Shown: positions 9,192 through 18,618 of the stretch, in pieces | Layout: every line of letters begins with the position of its first letter | Numbering within the stretch: the first letter of the stretch is position 1 | Assembly (NCBI GenBank): GCA_035526225.1 | Contig: DATLCV010000013.1 | Coordinates: 48,022 to 112,021, forward strand | DNA length: 64,000 nt | Direction: 5' to 3' | Source of the DNA: Mycobacteriales bacterium | GTDB taxonomy: Bacteria; Actinomycetota; Actinomycetes; Mycobacteriales; SCTD01 | Translations under genes and position numbers: made by a program | The notes under the pieces: generated by a model | Told to the model about the DNA's origin: nothing | Databases searched by the model: none | The model's input: the letters and a program-made list of their open reading frames with translations, nothing else

Positions 9192-9719
9192 GTGCACCCG
9201 CTGCTGAGCCGCTGGGACCGCGTGGAGCTGTCCGCGCGAGCCGACGACGTGCTCGAGGTCTACGCCGCGGCGATGGACGTCCCCGTGGCCGCGGCGCGCA
9301 CGCGCAAGGGCATCATCCTGAGCCACCTCGACCGCCGTGACCTGCGCGCCGTCGGTGCTCTCGAGGGCGACCGGCTCGTCGGCATCGCCTACGGGTACCT
9401 CGGGGAGCCGGGGCAGTGGTGGCACGACCAGGTCGCGGCGTCGCTGAGCCGGGCGCAGGTCGCGACGTGGCTGACCGGGGCCTTCGAGGTGTGCGAGCTG
9501 CACGTCGTCCCCGCGCTCCAGGGCCACGGCGTGGGCCGTGACCTGCTCGACAACCTGCTCACCGGCACGGGGACCCGCACCGCGATCCTCACCACCCCCG
9601 ATCAGGAGACCCGGGCGCGCCGGTTCTACCGCGCCGGCGGGTGGGAGGACCTCGTGCTCGGCCTGCGCTTCCCGGGCGACCCCCGTTCGTTCGCGGTGCT
9701 GGGCAAAGAGCTGGCGTGA
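9192..9719 (+). CDS. GNAT family acetyltransferase
   Basis: Acetyl-CoA-binding motif LHVVPALQGHGVGRDLL and ...RARRFYRAGGWE. Confidence 0.8.
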   Translation: MHPLLSRWDRVELSARADDVLEVYAAAMDVPVAAARTRKGIILSHLDRRDLRAVGALEGDRLVGIAYGYLGEPGQWWHDQVAASLSRAQVATWLTGAFEVCELHVVPALQGHGVGRDLLDNLLTGTGTRTAILTTPDQETRARRFYRAGGWEDLVLGLRFPGDPRSFAVLGKELA

Positions 9720-11245
9720 GGGTCGTCGTCGTCGGCGCGGGGCACAACGGCCTCGTCGCCGCCTGCTACCTCGCGCGTGCCGGCGCCGAGGTGACCGTCG
9801 TGGAGCGCGACACGGTCGCGGGCGGCGCGGTGAGCACGGTGGAGCGCTGGCCCGGCTACCGCGTCGACCGCGGCTCGAGCGCGCACGTGATGGTGCGCCA
9901 CACCGGCATCGTGGAGGACCTCGATCTGGCGGTGACCTACCTCGACCTCGACCCCTGGGGCTACGCCCCGTTCGGCGAGCAGGGCATCACCTTCCGCGTC
10001 GACCTCGACGACACCTGCACCTCGATCGAGCAGGTCTGCGGCACCCAGGACGCCGAGGCCTACCGCGCGTTCGTCCTGGACTGGTCCGCCCGCAACCGAC
10101 GGGTCTTCGACGCCTTCCAGCGCGTGCCCACACCGGGTCGGCTCGGCCGCACGATCTGGGGAGTCGGCCGCGGCACCGGGCTGGGTGGCGCCGAGCTGTC
10201 CCGCCAGTTCCTCACCAGCGCGGACAGCTTGCTTGACACGCACTTCCGCGACGAGCGGCTCAAGACCGCGCTGGCCTGGCTGGGGTCGCAGTCCGGACCA
10301 CCCACGCACGAGCCGGCGACGGCCGACCTCGTCGGGTGGGGCACCGTGCTGCACCAGCAGGCACCCGGCCGCCCGGTGGGCGGGAGCGGAGCCCTCAGCG
10401 AGGCCCTCGTCGCCCGCCTCTCGTCGTACGGCGGGCAGGTGCTGCTCGGGGACGGCGCGGCCTCCCTGACCACGACCGGTGGACGCGTCACGGGCGTCCG
10501 CACAGGCAGTGGCACGCACCACGAGGCGGACGCGGTGATCGGCGCGTGTCACGTCCTCACCGCCCTGGAGCTGCTGGGGGACGAGGCGCTCCTCGACCGC
10601 GTGCGCCGCCAGGTGCGCGTCGGCAACGGGATCGGCATGGTGGTCCGGCTCGCGACGCGGGGACTGCCGACGTACCCCGACGCTCCCTCAGGCGTGCACC
10701 ACGCCCTGCAGCTGCTGGCGCCGAGCCGACGGGCGCTGCGCCGCGCGCACGGCGAGTGGAGCGCCGGGCTGCCGCCGACGGAGCCGGCCGCGCTGGCCAT
10801 GTGCTTCAGCGCCATCGACCCGACCCTGGCGCCCGAGGGTCGGCACACGATGAGCGTGTGGGGTCAGTGGCACCCCTACGCGCTGAGCAACGGCGAGCAC
10901 TGGGACGACATCGGGCGGCGTGAGGCGGACAAGCTGGTGGCGGCGGTCGAACGAGCCGCCCCGGGCTTCAGCGACCTCATCGACGAGGTGCACGTGCAGA
11001 CGCCGCTGGACCTCGAGCGCGAGCTCGGCCTGCTGCAGGGCCAGGTCATGCACCTGGAGATGACGCTGGACCAGATGTTCTTGTGGCGCCCCACCACAGA
11101 GCTGGCGCGGCACCGGGTGGTGCCGGGGCTCTACCTGTGCGGGGCGTCGACGCACCCGGGGGGTGGGGTGTTCGGGGCCAGCGGGCGTACCGTCGCGCAC
11201 GTGGTGCTCGCGGACCGCTCGAGGAGGGGACGACGTCATGGCTGA
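9716..11245 (+). CDS. CrtI-family NAD(P)/FAD-dependent oxidoreductase (CrtD/CrtO-like carotenoid desaturase or ketolase candidate)
   Basis: N-terminal dinucleotide fold VVVVGAGHNGLVAACYLARAG. C-terminal LYLCGASTHPGGGV, typical of the phytoene-desaturase family. GTG 9716 overlaps the upstream stop (GTGA). Confidence 0.85.
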   Translation: MRVVVVGAGHNGLVAACYLARAGAEVTVVERDTVAGGAVSTVERWPGYRVDRGSSAHVMVRHTGIVEDLDLAVTYLDLDPWGYAPFGEQGITFRVDLDDTCTSIEQVCGTQDAEAYRAFVLDWSARNRRVFDAFQRVPTPGRLGRTIWGVGRGTGLGGAELSRQFLTSADSLLDTHFRDERLKTALAWLGSQSGPPTHEPATADLVGWGTVLHQQAPGRPVGGSGALSEALVARLSSYGGQVLLGDGAASLTTTGGRVTGVRTGSGTHHEADAVIGACHVLTALELLGDEALLDRVRRQVRVGNGIGMVVRLATRGLPTYPDAPSGVHHALQLLAPSRRALRRAHGEWSAGLPPTEPAALAMCFSAIDPTLAPEGRHTMSVWGQWHPYALSNGEHWDDIGRREADKLVAAVERAAPGFSDLIDEVHVQTPLDLERELGLLQGQVMHLEMTLDQMFLWRPTTELARHRVVPGLYLCGASTHPGGGVFGASGRTVAHVVLADRSRRGRRHG

Positions 11246-11684
11246 GCTCTACGAGGTCGTGCTGGTGGACAACGGGACCCGGTGGCACGCGGGGCTCGTT
11301 GCCGACGAGATCACCGAGACAGACCTGCTGCTCGCCGAGCGCGGCAGCGCGCTGCTGTTCGGCAGCCGGGCCGCGCTCGAGCACTACGCGCAGGAGCACC
11401 GGCTCAAGCTGCAGGACGACCCCCCGGACGAGGTCGACCTCGACCTCGGCGGCTGGCTGGCCAAAGGCACCCCGGAGCCGGCGACGGCGGAGGTCAGCGA
11501 GCTGTGGCACCTGCTCTACGACGACCCGGCCGCCGGTCGCGCCCTGGCCACCGAGGAGCTCGGTGAGGCCTACGACGACCTGGTCGAGGAGGTCGGCGAC
11601 TGGTTCGCCGACCACGGCGAGACGGCCCGGCCTGCGCTGGCCGACGCGGTGCAGCGGTTGCGAGCCACGTTCCGGAAGGTGTGA
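11238..11684 (+). CDS. acidic hypothetical protein
   Basis: 148 aa. The ATG overlaps the 3-prime end of the oxidoreductase by 8 nt. Composition is coding-like, and I recognise no domain. Confidence 0.55.
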   Translation: MAELYEVVLVDNGTRWHAGLVADEITETDLLLAERGSALLFGSRAALEHYAQEHRLKLQDDPPDEVDLDLGGWLAKGTPEPATAEVSELWHLLYDDPAAGRALATEELGEAYDDLVEEVGDWFADHGETARPALADAVQRLRATFRKV

Positions 11685-11779
11685 CGTCGGGCACTCCCCC
11701 GCAGGGGCAACACGTCCTATGGCGGAGATCACGCCCGGCAGAGTGGGTGCTGCCCCTGCTGCACGCCGACAGTGGATGC

Positions 11780-11980
11780 ATGAGCACGTACTCGTTCGAG
11801 CAGCTCGGCCCGGTCCTCGTCTCGGAGCTGCCCCCCGTCGGGCCGCTGCGCCCGGGTCTCGTCAGCCGGCTGTGCACGGTTGCCAAGCACCGGTCGGAGG
11901 AGCGGCGCTTCGAGCGCGCCCTTCGCGTCGCAGCGCCGGGTGAGCACTCCGACCTGATCGCCGCCGCCCGCCGGGGCTAG
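11780..11980 (+). CDS. small hypothetical protein (weak call)
   Basis: 66 aa from ATG 11780, filling the gap before the CruF-like gene. No recognisable motif. Confidence 0.3.
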   Translation: MSTYSFEQLGPVLVSELPPVGPLRPGLVSRLCTVAKHRSEERRFERALRVAAPGEHSDLIAAARRG

Positions 11981-11990
11981 CCTCGGCCGC

Positions 11991-12671
11991 GTGCCGGCCG
12001 CCCTCGCAGGACTGACCGTCTTCCTGCAGGTGGCCTACCCGCTCGTCCACGGCACCGCGCGCGACCGGCTCACCGTCGCGGTCGTCCTCTCGTTCTTCGC
12101 TGCGTCCACCGCCCATGCCCTGCAGCAGCGGGGAACGGCCTGGACGACGCGCTTCCTGCTGGTCGCCGTCGGTGGCGGGCTCGCCGTCGAGGCGGTCGGC
12201 GTCGCCACCGGCCTCCCCTTCGGCTCCTACCGGTACGGCGAGCAGCTGGGGCCCACGCTGCTCGGCGTACCCGTGGTGGTGCCCCTGGCCTGGGCGATGC
12301 TCGCCTACCCCGCGCACGCCGCGGGACTGCGGCTGCACCACCGCGTGCTGGCCACCGGATGGGTGCTCGCGGCCTGGGACCTGTTCCTCGACCCGCAGAT
12401 GGTGCTCGAGGGCTACTGGGCCTGGGACGACCCGAGTCCCGGCCTGAACGGCATCCCGCTGACGAACCACCTGGCCTGGCTCGTCGTCGCCCTGCTCATG
12501 GCCGCGGCACTGCCCGCTCGCGCCGGCGACGACCGGCTTCCGCTCGCGCTGCTGACGTGGGTGTGGGCGTCATCGGTGCTCGCGAACCTGGTCTTCTTCG
12601 ACCGGCCGGGAGTCGCCCTCGCAGGCGGCCTCGCGATGGGCGTCGTCGTCGTCCCGGCGCTGCGCCGATGA
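11991..12671 (+). CDS. carotenoid biosynthesis membrane protein (DUF422 / CruF-like putative carotenoid 1,2-hydratase)
   Basis: Polytopic membrane protein with FGSYRYGEQLGP..., WDLFLDPQMV and NHLAWL motifs that I associate with the Caroten_synth/CruF family. Its stop overlaps the GT2 start (ATGA 12668-12671). Confidence 0.75.
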   Translation: MPAALAGLTVFLQVAYPLVHGTARDRLTVAVVLSFFAASTAHALQQRGTAWTTRFLLVAVGGGLAVEAVGVATGLPFGSYRYGEQLGPTLLGVPVVVPLAWAMLAYPAHAAGLRLHHRVLATGWVLAAWDLFLDPQMVLEGYWAWDDPSPGLNGIPLTNHLAWLVVALLMAAALPARAGDDRLPLALLTWVWASSVLANLVFFDRPGVALAGGLAMGVVVVPALRR

Positions 12672-13735
12672 GGTGGCTGCTCTGGGCGCTGGCCGCCCAC
12701 ACCGCTGCCAACACGCGGCTGCTGCGCCGACCCGCGCCGGCACCGCTGCGCGAGCAGGTGTCCGTCCTGGTGCCGGCACGCGACGAGGCTGCGCGGATCG
12801 AGGCGTGCGTGCGCTCCCTCGTGACCCAGGGCGCCCACGAGGTGCTGGTCCTCGACGACGGGTCGACGGACGGCACGGCGGAGCTGGCGCGCGCGGCCGG
12901 CGCAACGGTGCTCACCGGCGCGGCCCTGCCCGCCGGCTGGCTCGGCAAGCCGTTCGCCTGCCAGCAGCTCGCCGACGCCGCTCACCCCGGAAGCACAGTG
13001 CTCGTCCTGGTCGACGCCGACGTGGTCCTCGAGCCCGGGGCGGTCGGTGCCGCCGTCGGAGCGCTGGGCGATCTCGACCTGGTCTCGCCGTACCCGCGGC
13101 AGGAGGCACCCGGACTCACACGCCTGGTCCAGCCGCTGCAGCAGTGGTCGTGGCTGACGTTCCTCCCCCTGCGCTGGGCCGAGCGCTCCCGGCGCACCTC
13201 CCTCACGGCCGCGACAGGGCAGCTGCTCGTCGTCCGCCGGCCGGCCTACGACCGTGCGGGCGGCCATGCGGCAGTGCGCGAGGAGGTCGTGGAGGACCTG
13301 GCGCTGCTGCGGAACGTCAAGCGAGCAGGCGGCCGCGGCGTGGTCGTCGACGGCACCCACCTGGCCACCTGCCGGATGTACGACGACTGGTCGGCACTGC
13401 GCGCCGGCTACGCCAAGTCGCTGCCCGAGCTGCCCGCCGTCGTCCCGCTGGGGCTGGCGACGCTCTACCTGCTACCCCTGCTGGGGCGGCACCGCGGACA
13501 GGCGTACGCCGCCATGGTCCTGGGCCGTGCCGTCGCCGCGCGGCGGACCGGCACGCCCGTCGTGGACGCCCTGGCCCACCCTCTGTCCGTCGCCCTGGCG
13601 ATCGGGCTGTGGTGCCGGTCCAGCTGGTCCGGGGAAGCGATCAGCTGGAGAGGGCGAGAGGTTCGGGGCAGACCTCGTGCTGCAAGGGCCCGAAGGCCGT
13701 CCGCCGCACGAAGTCGCGCTCCTCGATCCACCTGA
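12668..13735 (+). CDS. family-2 glycosyltransferase (CruG/CrtX-like carotenoid glycosyltransferase candidate)
   Basis: GT2 signatures VSVLVPARDEA, VLVLDDGSTDGT, VLVDADV. It is coupled to the CruF-like gene. The Arg-rich last ~25 residues look like read-through tail. Confidence 0.85.
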   Translation: MRWLLWALAAHTAANTRLLRRPAPAPLREQVSVLVPARDEAARIEACVRSLVTQGAHEVLVLDDGSTDGTAELARAAGATVLTGAALPAGWLGKPFACQQLADAAHPGSTVLVLVDADVVLEPGAVGAAVGALGDLDLVSPYPRQEAPGLTRLVQPLQQWSWLTFLPLRWAERSRRTSLTAATGQLLVVRRPAYDRAGGHAAVREEVVEDLALLRNVKRAGGRGVVVDGTHLATCRMYDDWSALRAGYAKSLPELPAVVPLGLATLYLLPLLGRHRGQAYAAMVLGRAVAARRTGTPVVDALAHPLSVALAIGLWCRSSWSGEAISWRGREVRGRPRAARARRPSAARSRAPRST

Positions 13736-13868
13736 GGCAGCGCGGGCAGATCGCGTCGCATTCACCGTGCAGGTGGCCGTCCGGCAGGATGTGGGCGCTC
13801 ACCGACTCGGCGTCGGCGAGGTCGAGCCCCACCGACGCGAGGCGCTCGAACGACCACCGGCCGACCAT
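13641..13868 (-). CDS. small Cys/His-rich hypothetical protein
   Basis: 75 aa: ...HLHGECDAICPRCLRWIEERDF...HEVCPEP, a putative metal-binding motif. It overlaps the GT2 3-prime tail by 95 nt. Confidence 0.5.
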   Translation of the reverse strand: MVGRWSFERLASVGLDLADAESVSAHILPDGHLHGECDAICPRCLRWIEERDFVRRTAFGPLQHEVCPEPLALSS

Positions 13869-13978
13869 GGGCGAACGGTAGGCCGGGCCTCCCGGACGCG
13901 GGTCACGGTCAGGCCACGATCCGGCATAGGTTCGGGGCGTATCCGCCGCGTGTCGGCAGCGCGGCCCCCGGGGTGCCG

Positions 13979-14581
13979 TTACGCGGTGAGCTGGCGCCGT
14001 ACGGCGAGCAGCAGCTGCGCGAGCCCCACGGCCGTGAGCGCAGCCAGGCCCCAGAGCGCGACGGCGGGCTGGTCGAGCAGCAGCCCGCTCACCGGGAGCA
14101 GCACCCGCACCGGGCGCTCCGCCACGGTGACCGTCCCGACCTCGTCGCCGCCGGCGTTGCCCGCCCGGGCCCGCGTGTACTCGAGCAGCACGATGGCCGA
14201 TCCGCACGCCACCGCCAGTCCGAGGGGGGCACCCGCGAGGAGGAGGGCCGCGAGGAACAGCCCCTCGCACAGCCGGTCGACGACGCTGTCGAGCACGTAG
14301 CCCCAGGGAGTCGGGCGGCCTTGGAGCAGGGCGACGCCGCCGTCCAGCGCGTCGAGCAGCGCGCTGACAAGCACGAGCACGGCGGCCACCGGCGCGGGCA
14401 CCCACAGCACGGGGAGGGCGACGCCAAGGGCCAGGAGGGTCAGCAGGTCCGGGTGGACGCCCGTCCTGGCCACCGGCTCGGCAACGGCGTGCACGACGCG
14501 GAGGTAACGCCGCACGAGCGGGCTGGGAGCCAGGCCGCCGTGCACCGCGGACCAGGCGGCGACGTGCTCCTCGAGGCCCAC
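13979..14581 (-). CDS. CDP-alcohol phosphatidyltransferase family protein
   Basis: Motif DALDGGVALLQGRPTPWGYVLDSVVDRLCE fits D-G-x2-A-R...G-x3-D-x3-D. The start is placed at GTG 14581, 19 nt after the upstream gene. Confidence 0.8.
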   Translation of the reverse strand: MGLEEHVAAWSAVHGGLAPSPLVRRYLRVVHAVAEPVARTGVHPDLLTLLALGVALPVLWVPAPVAAVLVLVSALLDALDGGVALLQGRPTPWGYVLDSVVDRLCEGLFLAALLLAGAPLGLAVACGSAIVLLEYTRARAGNAGGDEVGTVTVAERPVRVLLPVSGLLLDQPAVALWGLAALTAVGLAQLLLAVRRQLTA

Positions 14582-14600
14582 GCGGGGCACGCTACGCCGG

Positions 14601-15323
14601 TCAGCGCAGGGACCAGCGGACGGTGACGGAGACGACGACGTCGGAGGTGCCGGGGTCGATCGCGAGGGATCGCGCATCCTTCGCCTGCATCGTGGCGTAG
14701 GCCATGGGACGCACCTGGCTCGGGTCGGCGGTCTCCGCGACGAGCTGCACCTCACCGAGGGACCGGCCGGACAGGTGCGCGTACCTCTCGGCCTTGGCCT
14801 TGGCGTCCGCGTAGGCGTCGTCACGCGCTCTCACGAGCAGGTCGGTGTTGTCCTCGAGCGCAAAGCTGACGCCCTGCACCACGGTCTCGTCGCCGCCCGC
14901 CTCGACCGCGTCGGTGATGGCGCGCCCGGCCGTGCCGAGGTGGCGCAGCTTGGCCGTCAGCGTCTGGGTGACGCGGTAGCCGTTCGGCCGTCCCTTCGCG
15001 TCGGTCTCCGGGTACACGCTGACGTCAGCGGTCTGCAGGTCGCGCTCAGCGACACCACGGTGCCGCAGCGCCGCACGGACCTTGTTCTGGCGCGAGCTCG
15101 CGGAGGCCATCGCGCTGCTCACGTCGCCCCGACGCACGCTCACGCCCAGGGTCACCCGCAGCACGTCGGGGGTGCCGGACACCTTGCCGACGCCGTCGAC
15201 GACCACCCCGTTCGTGGTGGTCGGCACGTCGGCGGCGACGGCGGCGCGCTGAGGCGCCCTGCCACCGATGAGCACGTAACCGCCGAGGGCGACGAGGGCC
15301 AGGAGTGCGAGTAGTCGCTTCAT
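14601..15323 (-). CDS. SIMPL-domain (DUF541) secreted protein
   Basis: Signal peptide MKRLLALLALVALGG, then ...GVGKVSGTPDVLRVTLGV...AKAKAERYA..., typical of the SIMPL family. Confidence 0.8.
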   Translation of the reverse strand: MKRLLALLALVALGGYVLIGGRAPQRAAVAADVPTTTNGVVVDGVGKVSGTPDVLRVTLGVSVRRGDVSSAMASASSRQNKVRAALRHRGVAERDLQTADVSVYPETDAKGRPNGYRVTQTLTAKLRHLGTAGRAITDAVEAGGDETVVQGVSFALEDNTDLLVRARDDAYADAKAKAERYAHLSGRSLGEVQLVAETADPSQVRPMAYATMQAKDARSLAIDPGTSDVVVSVTVRWSLR

Positions 15324-15354
15324 GCTGCTGTGACGCAGCCCGGGGCGCCGCGGT

Positions 15355-16242
15355 TCAGGTGGTGGCGGACAAGCCGAGCCGCGTCCAGATCTCGCGCGTC
15401 GCCGTCGAGCGGTTGAGCGTGATGAAGTGCAGCCCCGGGGCGCCCTCCTCGAGCAGCCGGTCGCTCAGCGCGGTCGCCACCTCGACCCCGATCTCGCGGA
15501 CCGCGTGCGGGTCGTCCGCGACGGCGTGCAGGCGGTCAGCGAGGTCGGACGGGAACGCGGCCCCGGACAAGATGGCGAACCGCTCCACCTGCCCGACGTT
15601 CGTCACCGGCATTATCCCCGGGATGATCGCGGTGTCGCACCCCGCCGCCGCGACCCGGTCGCGCAGCCGCAGGTAGTCCTCGGCCCTGAAGAACATCTGC
15701 GTGATGGCGAAGTCGGCTCCCGCCCGGCACTTGCGGACGAACAGGTCCACGTCGGTGTCGAGGTCGGGCGAGCGGGGGTGCTTCTCGGGGAAGGCCGCGA
15801 CGCCGACGCAGAAGTCGCCGCTGGCCTTGACGAGCTCGACCAGCTCGCTGGCGTAGGCCAGCCCCTCCGGGTGCTGGTTCCAGTCCGCCTGCGGGTCCCC
15901 CGGCGGGTCGCCGCGCAGCGCGAGCACGTTGCGCACGCCGGCGTCGGCGTACTGGCCGATGATGCGGCGCAGCTCCGCGACCGAGTGGTCGACGGCCGTG
16001 AGGTGGCCCAGCGGCGTCAGGGTGGTCTCGGTGGCGATGCGCTCCGTCATCGCGACCGTGCGGTCCCGCGTCGAGCCGCCCGCGCCGTACGTCACGCTCA
16101 CGAAAGCGGGGCGCAGGGCCTCGAGCTGCCGCAAGGCCTGCCACAGCTGGCGCTCGCCCTCGTCGGTCTTCGCCGGGAAGAACTCGAACGAGAACAGCCG
16201 CTCACCGGAGGCGAGCATCTCGGAGATGGTGCGGCGCGACAC
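15355..16242 (-). CDS. metF: methylenetetrahydrofolate reductase
   Basis: [10 protein letters not shown]..., [29 protein letters not shown] motifs. GTG start. Confidence 0.9.
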   Translation of the reverse strand: MSRRTISEMLASGERLFSFEFFPAKTDEGERQLWQALRQLEALRPAFVSVTYGAGGSTRDRTVAMTERIATETTLTPLGHLTAVDHSVAELRRIIGQYADAGVRNVLALRGDPPGDPQADWNQHPEGLAYASELVELVKASGDFCVGVAAFPEKHPRSPDLDTDVDLFVRKCRAGADFAITQMFFRAEDYLRLRDRVAAAGCDTAIIPGIMPVTNVGQVERFAILSGAAFPSDLADRLHAVADDPHAVREIGVEVATALSDRLLEEGAPGLHFITLNRSTATREIWTRLGLSATT

Positions 16243-16248
16243 CGGTCA

Positions 16249-16270
16249 AGGCTAACGGGGCCGCTATCGT
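16249..16270. promoter_or_regulatory. back-to-back -10-like boxes for divergent metF and idsA (leaderless-type spacing)
   Basis: Minus strand: TAGCCT (16254-16249), 6 nt before GTG 16242. Plus strand: TATCGT (16265-16270), 8 nt before ATG 16279. Confidence 0.35.
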
Positions 16271-16278
16271 CCGCTCCC

Positions 16279-17331
16279 ATGGGAGTGCTGGACCGCCGAG
16301 ACCTGCGGGCCCGCGTCCAGCAGGCCCTGGACACCTTCCTCGCCGAGCACCGCGCGCCCCTCGACGAGATGGGACCGGAGCTCGCGCCCGTCTCCGACGC
16401 GCTCGTCACCTACCTCGCCGGCGGCAAGCGGATGCGGCCGGGGTTCTGCTTCTGGGGGTGCCTGGGCGCCGGCGGCCCCGACACCGACGCTCTCGTCGTC
16501 GCCGCCGCGGCGCTGGAGCTGTTCCAGGCCTGCGCGATCGTGCACGACGACGTCATGGACGGCAGCGACACGCGGCGCGGCCGCCCCGCCGTGCACCGGG
16601 CCTTCGCAGCGCTGCACCGCGACGCCGGCTGGTCGGGTGACGCGGGGGCCTTCGGCGCCGGGGCGGCGATCCTCATCGGCGACCTGGCGCTGTCCTGGGC
16701 GGACGAGATGCTCGTCTCCTCCGGCGTGGCCGACGCCACCGTGCTGCGCGTGTTCAGCCAGATGCGCACCGACGTCGTCGGCGGCCAGTACCTCGACCTC
16801 GTCTCGCAGGCGAGCAAGGCCACGTCGGTCGCTGCCGCCCTGCGGGTGGCGCACTGGAAGGCGGCCAAGTACACCGTCGAGCGCCCGCTGCACCTCGGGG
16901 CCGCCATCGCCGGCGCCGAGCCCACCACGTACGCCGCGTACACGGCGTACGGGCTCCCGCTGGGCGAGGCGTTCCAGCTGCGCGACGACGTCCTCGGTGT
17001 GTTCGGTGACCCGGAGGTGACCGGCAAGCCCGCGGGCGACGACCTGCGCGAGGGCAAGCGCACCGCCCTGGTCGCGATGGCGCTCGAGAGCGCGTCGACC
17101 GCGCAGGCCGAGGTCGTCCGACGGCACCTCGGTGACCCGTCGCTCGACGAGGCGGGCGTGGCAGCGCTGCGCGAGGTCCTGGTCGACACCGGCGCGGTCG
17201 ACCGGCTCGAGGTCATGATCGACGAGCGCACGGCACAGGCCCTGGACGCCCTTGACACAGCGCCCCTCGCGCCGGAGGCCACCGAGGTGCTGCGCGAGCT
17301 CGCCACGGCGGCCACCGTCCGCGCGCACTGA
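16279..17331 (+). CDS. idsA: polyprenyl (geranylgeranyl) diphosphate synthase
   Basis: First and second Asp-rich motifs (IVHDDVMDGSDTRRG and FQLRDDVLGVFGD). Divergent from metF, as for idsA2 next to Rv2172c in M. tuberculosis (from memory). Confidence 0.9.
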   Translation: MGVLDRRDLRARVQQALDTFLAEHRAPLDEMGPELAPVSDALVTYLAGGKRMRPGFCFWGCLGAGGPDTDALVVAAAALELFQACAIVHDDVMDGSDTRRGRPAVHRAFAALHRDAGWSGDAGAFGAGAAILIGDLALSWADEMLVSSGVADATVLRVFSQMRTDVVGGQYLDLVSQASKATSVAAALRVAHWKAAKYTVERPLHLGAAIAGAEPTTYAAYTAYGLPLGEAFQLRDDVLGVFGDPEVTGKPAGDDLREGKRTALVAMALESASTAQAEVVRRHLGDPSLDEAGVAALREVLVDTGAVDRLEVMIDERTAQALDALDTAPLAPEATEVLRELATAATVRAH

Positions 17332-17354
17332 ACCAGGCCTAGGCTGGGAGGACG

Positions 17355-18353
17355 ATGAGCACTCCGACGCTGGCCGCGAACGACCCCTGCCACTGCGGCA
17401 GCGGGAGGAAGTACAAGCGCTGCCACCGCATCGCCGACATCGACCCGGCGCGGGTGGCTGCCGAGCAGGCGCGGCGCGAGGAGGCGGAGCGTCACGCCTC
17501 CCAGTTCGTGCGCCCCGGCCGCCTCTCACCGCGGCGCACCGTGCCGGACCACATCGCCCGCCCGCCGTACGTCGCCGACCCGGAGGGCCGCCCGGGCACC
17601 CGCGAGTCAGGAGCACCCAAGGACGCCGAGACCATCGAGAAGATGCGTCGGGCAGGGCGGGCCGCGGCCGAGGTGCTGCAGGTCGTGGGTGCGGCCGTGC
17701 GGCCCGGCATCACCACCGACGAGCTCGACGCGATCGCGCACGAGGAGTGCATCGCCCGCGGCGGCTACCCCAGCCCCTTGGGCTACAACGGGTTCCCGAA
17801 GTCGTTGTGCACCAGCGTGAACGAGGTCATCTGCCACGGCATCCCCGACAGCACCGTCCTCAAGGACGGCGACATCGTGAACCTCGACGTGACGATCTAC
17901 CTCGACGGCGTGCACGGCGACACCAACGCGACCTTCCTCGTCGGCGAGGTCGACGAGGCCTCCCGTGCCCTCGTGGAGGTCACCCGTGAGTGCCTCGACC
18001 TGGGCATCGCCGCGGTGACGCCGGGGGGCACCGTGCGCGACATCGGTCGCGCCATCCAGGCGCACGCCGAGGGCAAGGGGTACGGCGTGGTGCGCGCCTT
18101 CGTCGGGCACGGCATCGGGCGCGCGTTCCACAGCGAGCCGCAGGTCTACCACTACGACAACCCGGCGGCGCGCACGACGCTGGTCCCCGGGATGACCTTC
18201 ACCATCGAGCCGATGATCACCATCGGCGACTGGCGGCACGAGCTGTGGGACGACGGCTGGACGGCCGTGACGCGGGACCGCTCCCGCACCGCCCAGTTCG
18301 AGCACACGCTGGTCGTCACCGAGACCGGCGCCGAGGTGCTCACCACTGTCTGA
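17355..18353 (+). CDS. map: type I methionine aminopeptidase with N-terminal SEC-C motif extension
   Basis: MetAP core ([39 protein letters not shown]). The N-terminus carries [23 protein letters not shown] lies before ATG 17355. Confidence 0.95.
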   Translation: MSTPTLAANDPCHCGSGRKYKRCHRIADIDPARVAAEQARREEAERHASQFVRPGRLSPRRTVPDHIARPPYVADPEGRPGTRESGAPKDAETIEKMRRAGRAAAEVLQVVGAAVRPGITTDELDAIAHEECIARGGYPSPLGYNGFPKSLCTSVNEVICHGIPDSTVLKDGDIVNLDVTIYLDGVHGDTNATFLVGEVDEASRALVEVTRECLDLGIAAVTPGGTVRDIGRAIQAHAEGKGYGVVRAFVGHGIGRAFHSEPQVYHYDNPAARTTLVPGMTFTIEPMITIGDWRHELWDDGWTAVTRDRSRTAQFEHTLVVTETGAEVLTTV

Positions 18354-18390
18354 GAGGTGATCTTCACCTGGGGCCGGGTAGGTGACCACC

Positions 18391-18591
18391 ATGAGACCCG
18401 CTGCCGTCATCGTGCTCCTCTGGTTGCTCGTCGGCACCTTGGCGGCCTACCAGCGGGACTACTTCAAGGGCGACGACGCCAGCTGCGCCAAGACGGGCAC
18501 GATCCTCGTGACGGTGATCGCCGGCCCGCTGAACTACGTCGGCGTCAACCCGAAGGTCAAGGACTGCGACGTCCCCCAGCCCTCGAGCTAG
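18391..18591 (+). CDS. small membrane protein, hypothetical
   Basis: One TM segment (AAVIVLLWLLVGTLAAY) plus a second hydrophobic stretch. The track start is GTG 18382 and the alternative is ATG 18391. Confidence 0.45.
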   Translation: MRPAAVIVLLWLLVGTLAAYQRDYFKGDDASCAKTGTILVTVIAGPLNYVGVNPKVKDCDVPQPSS

Positions 18592-18618
18592 CGACGGATC
18601 GGGCGCGGTGGTCACCGA

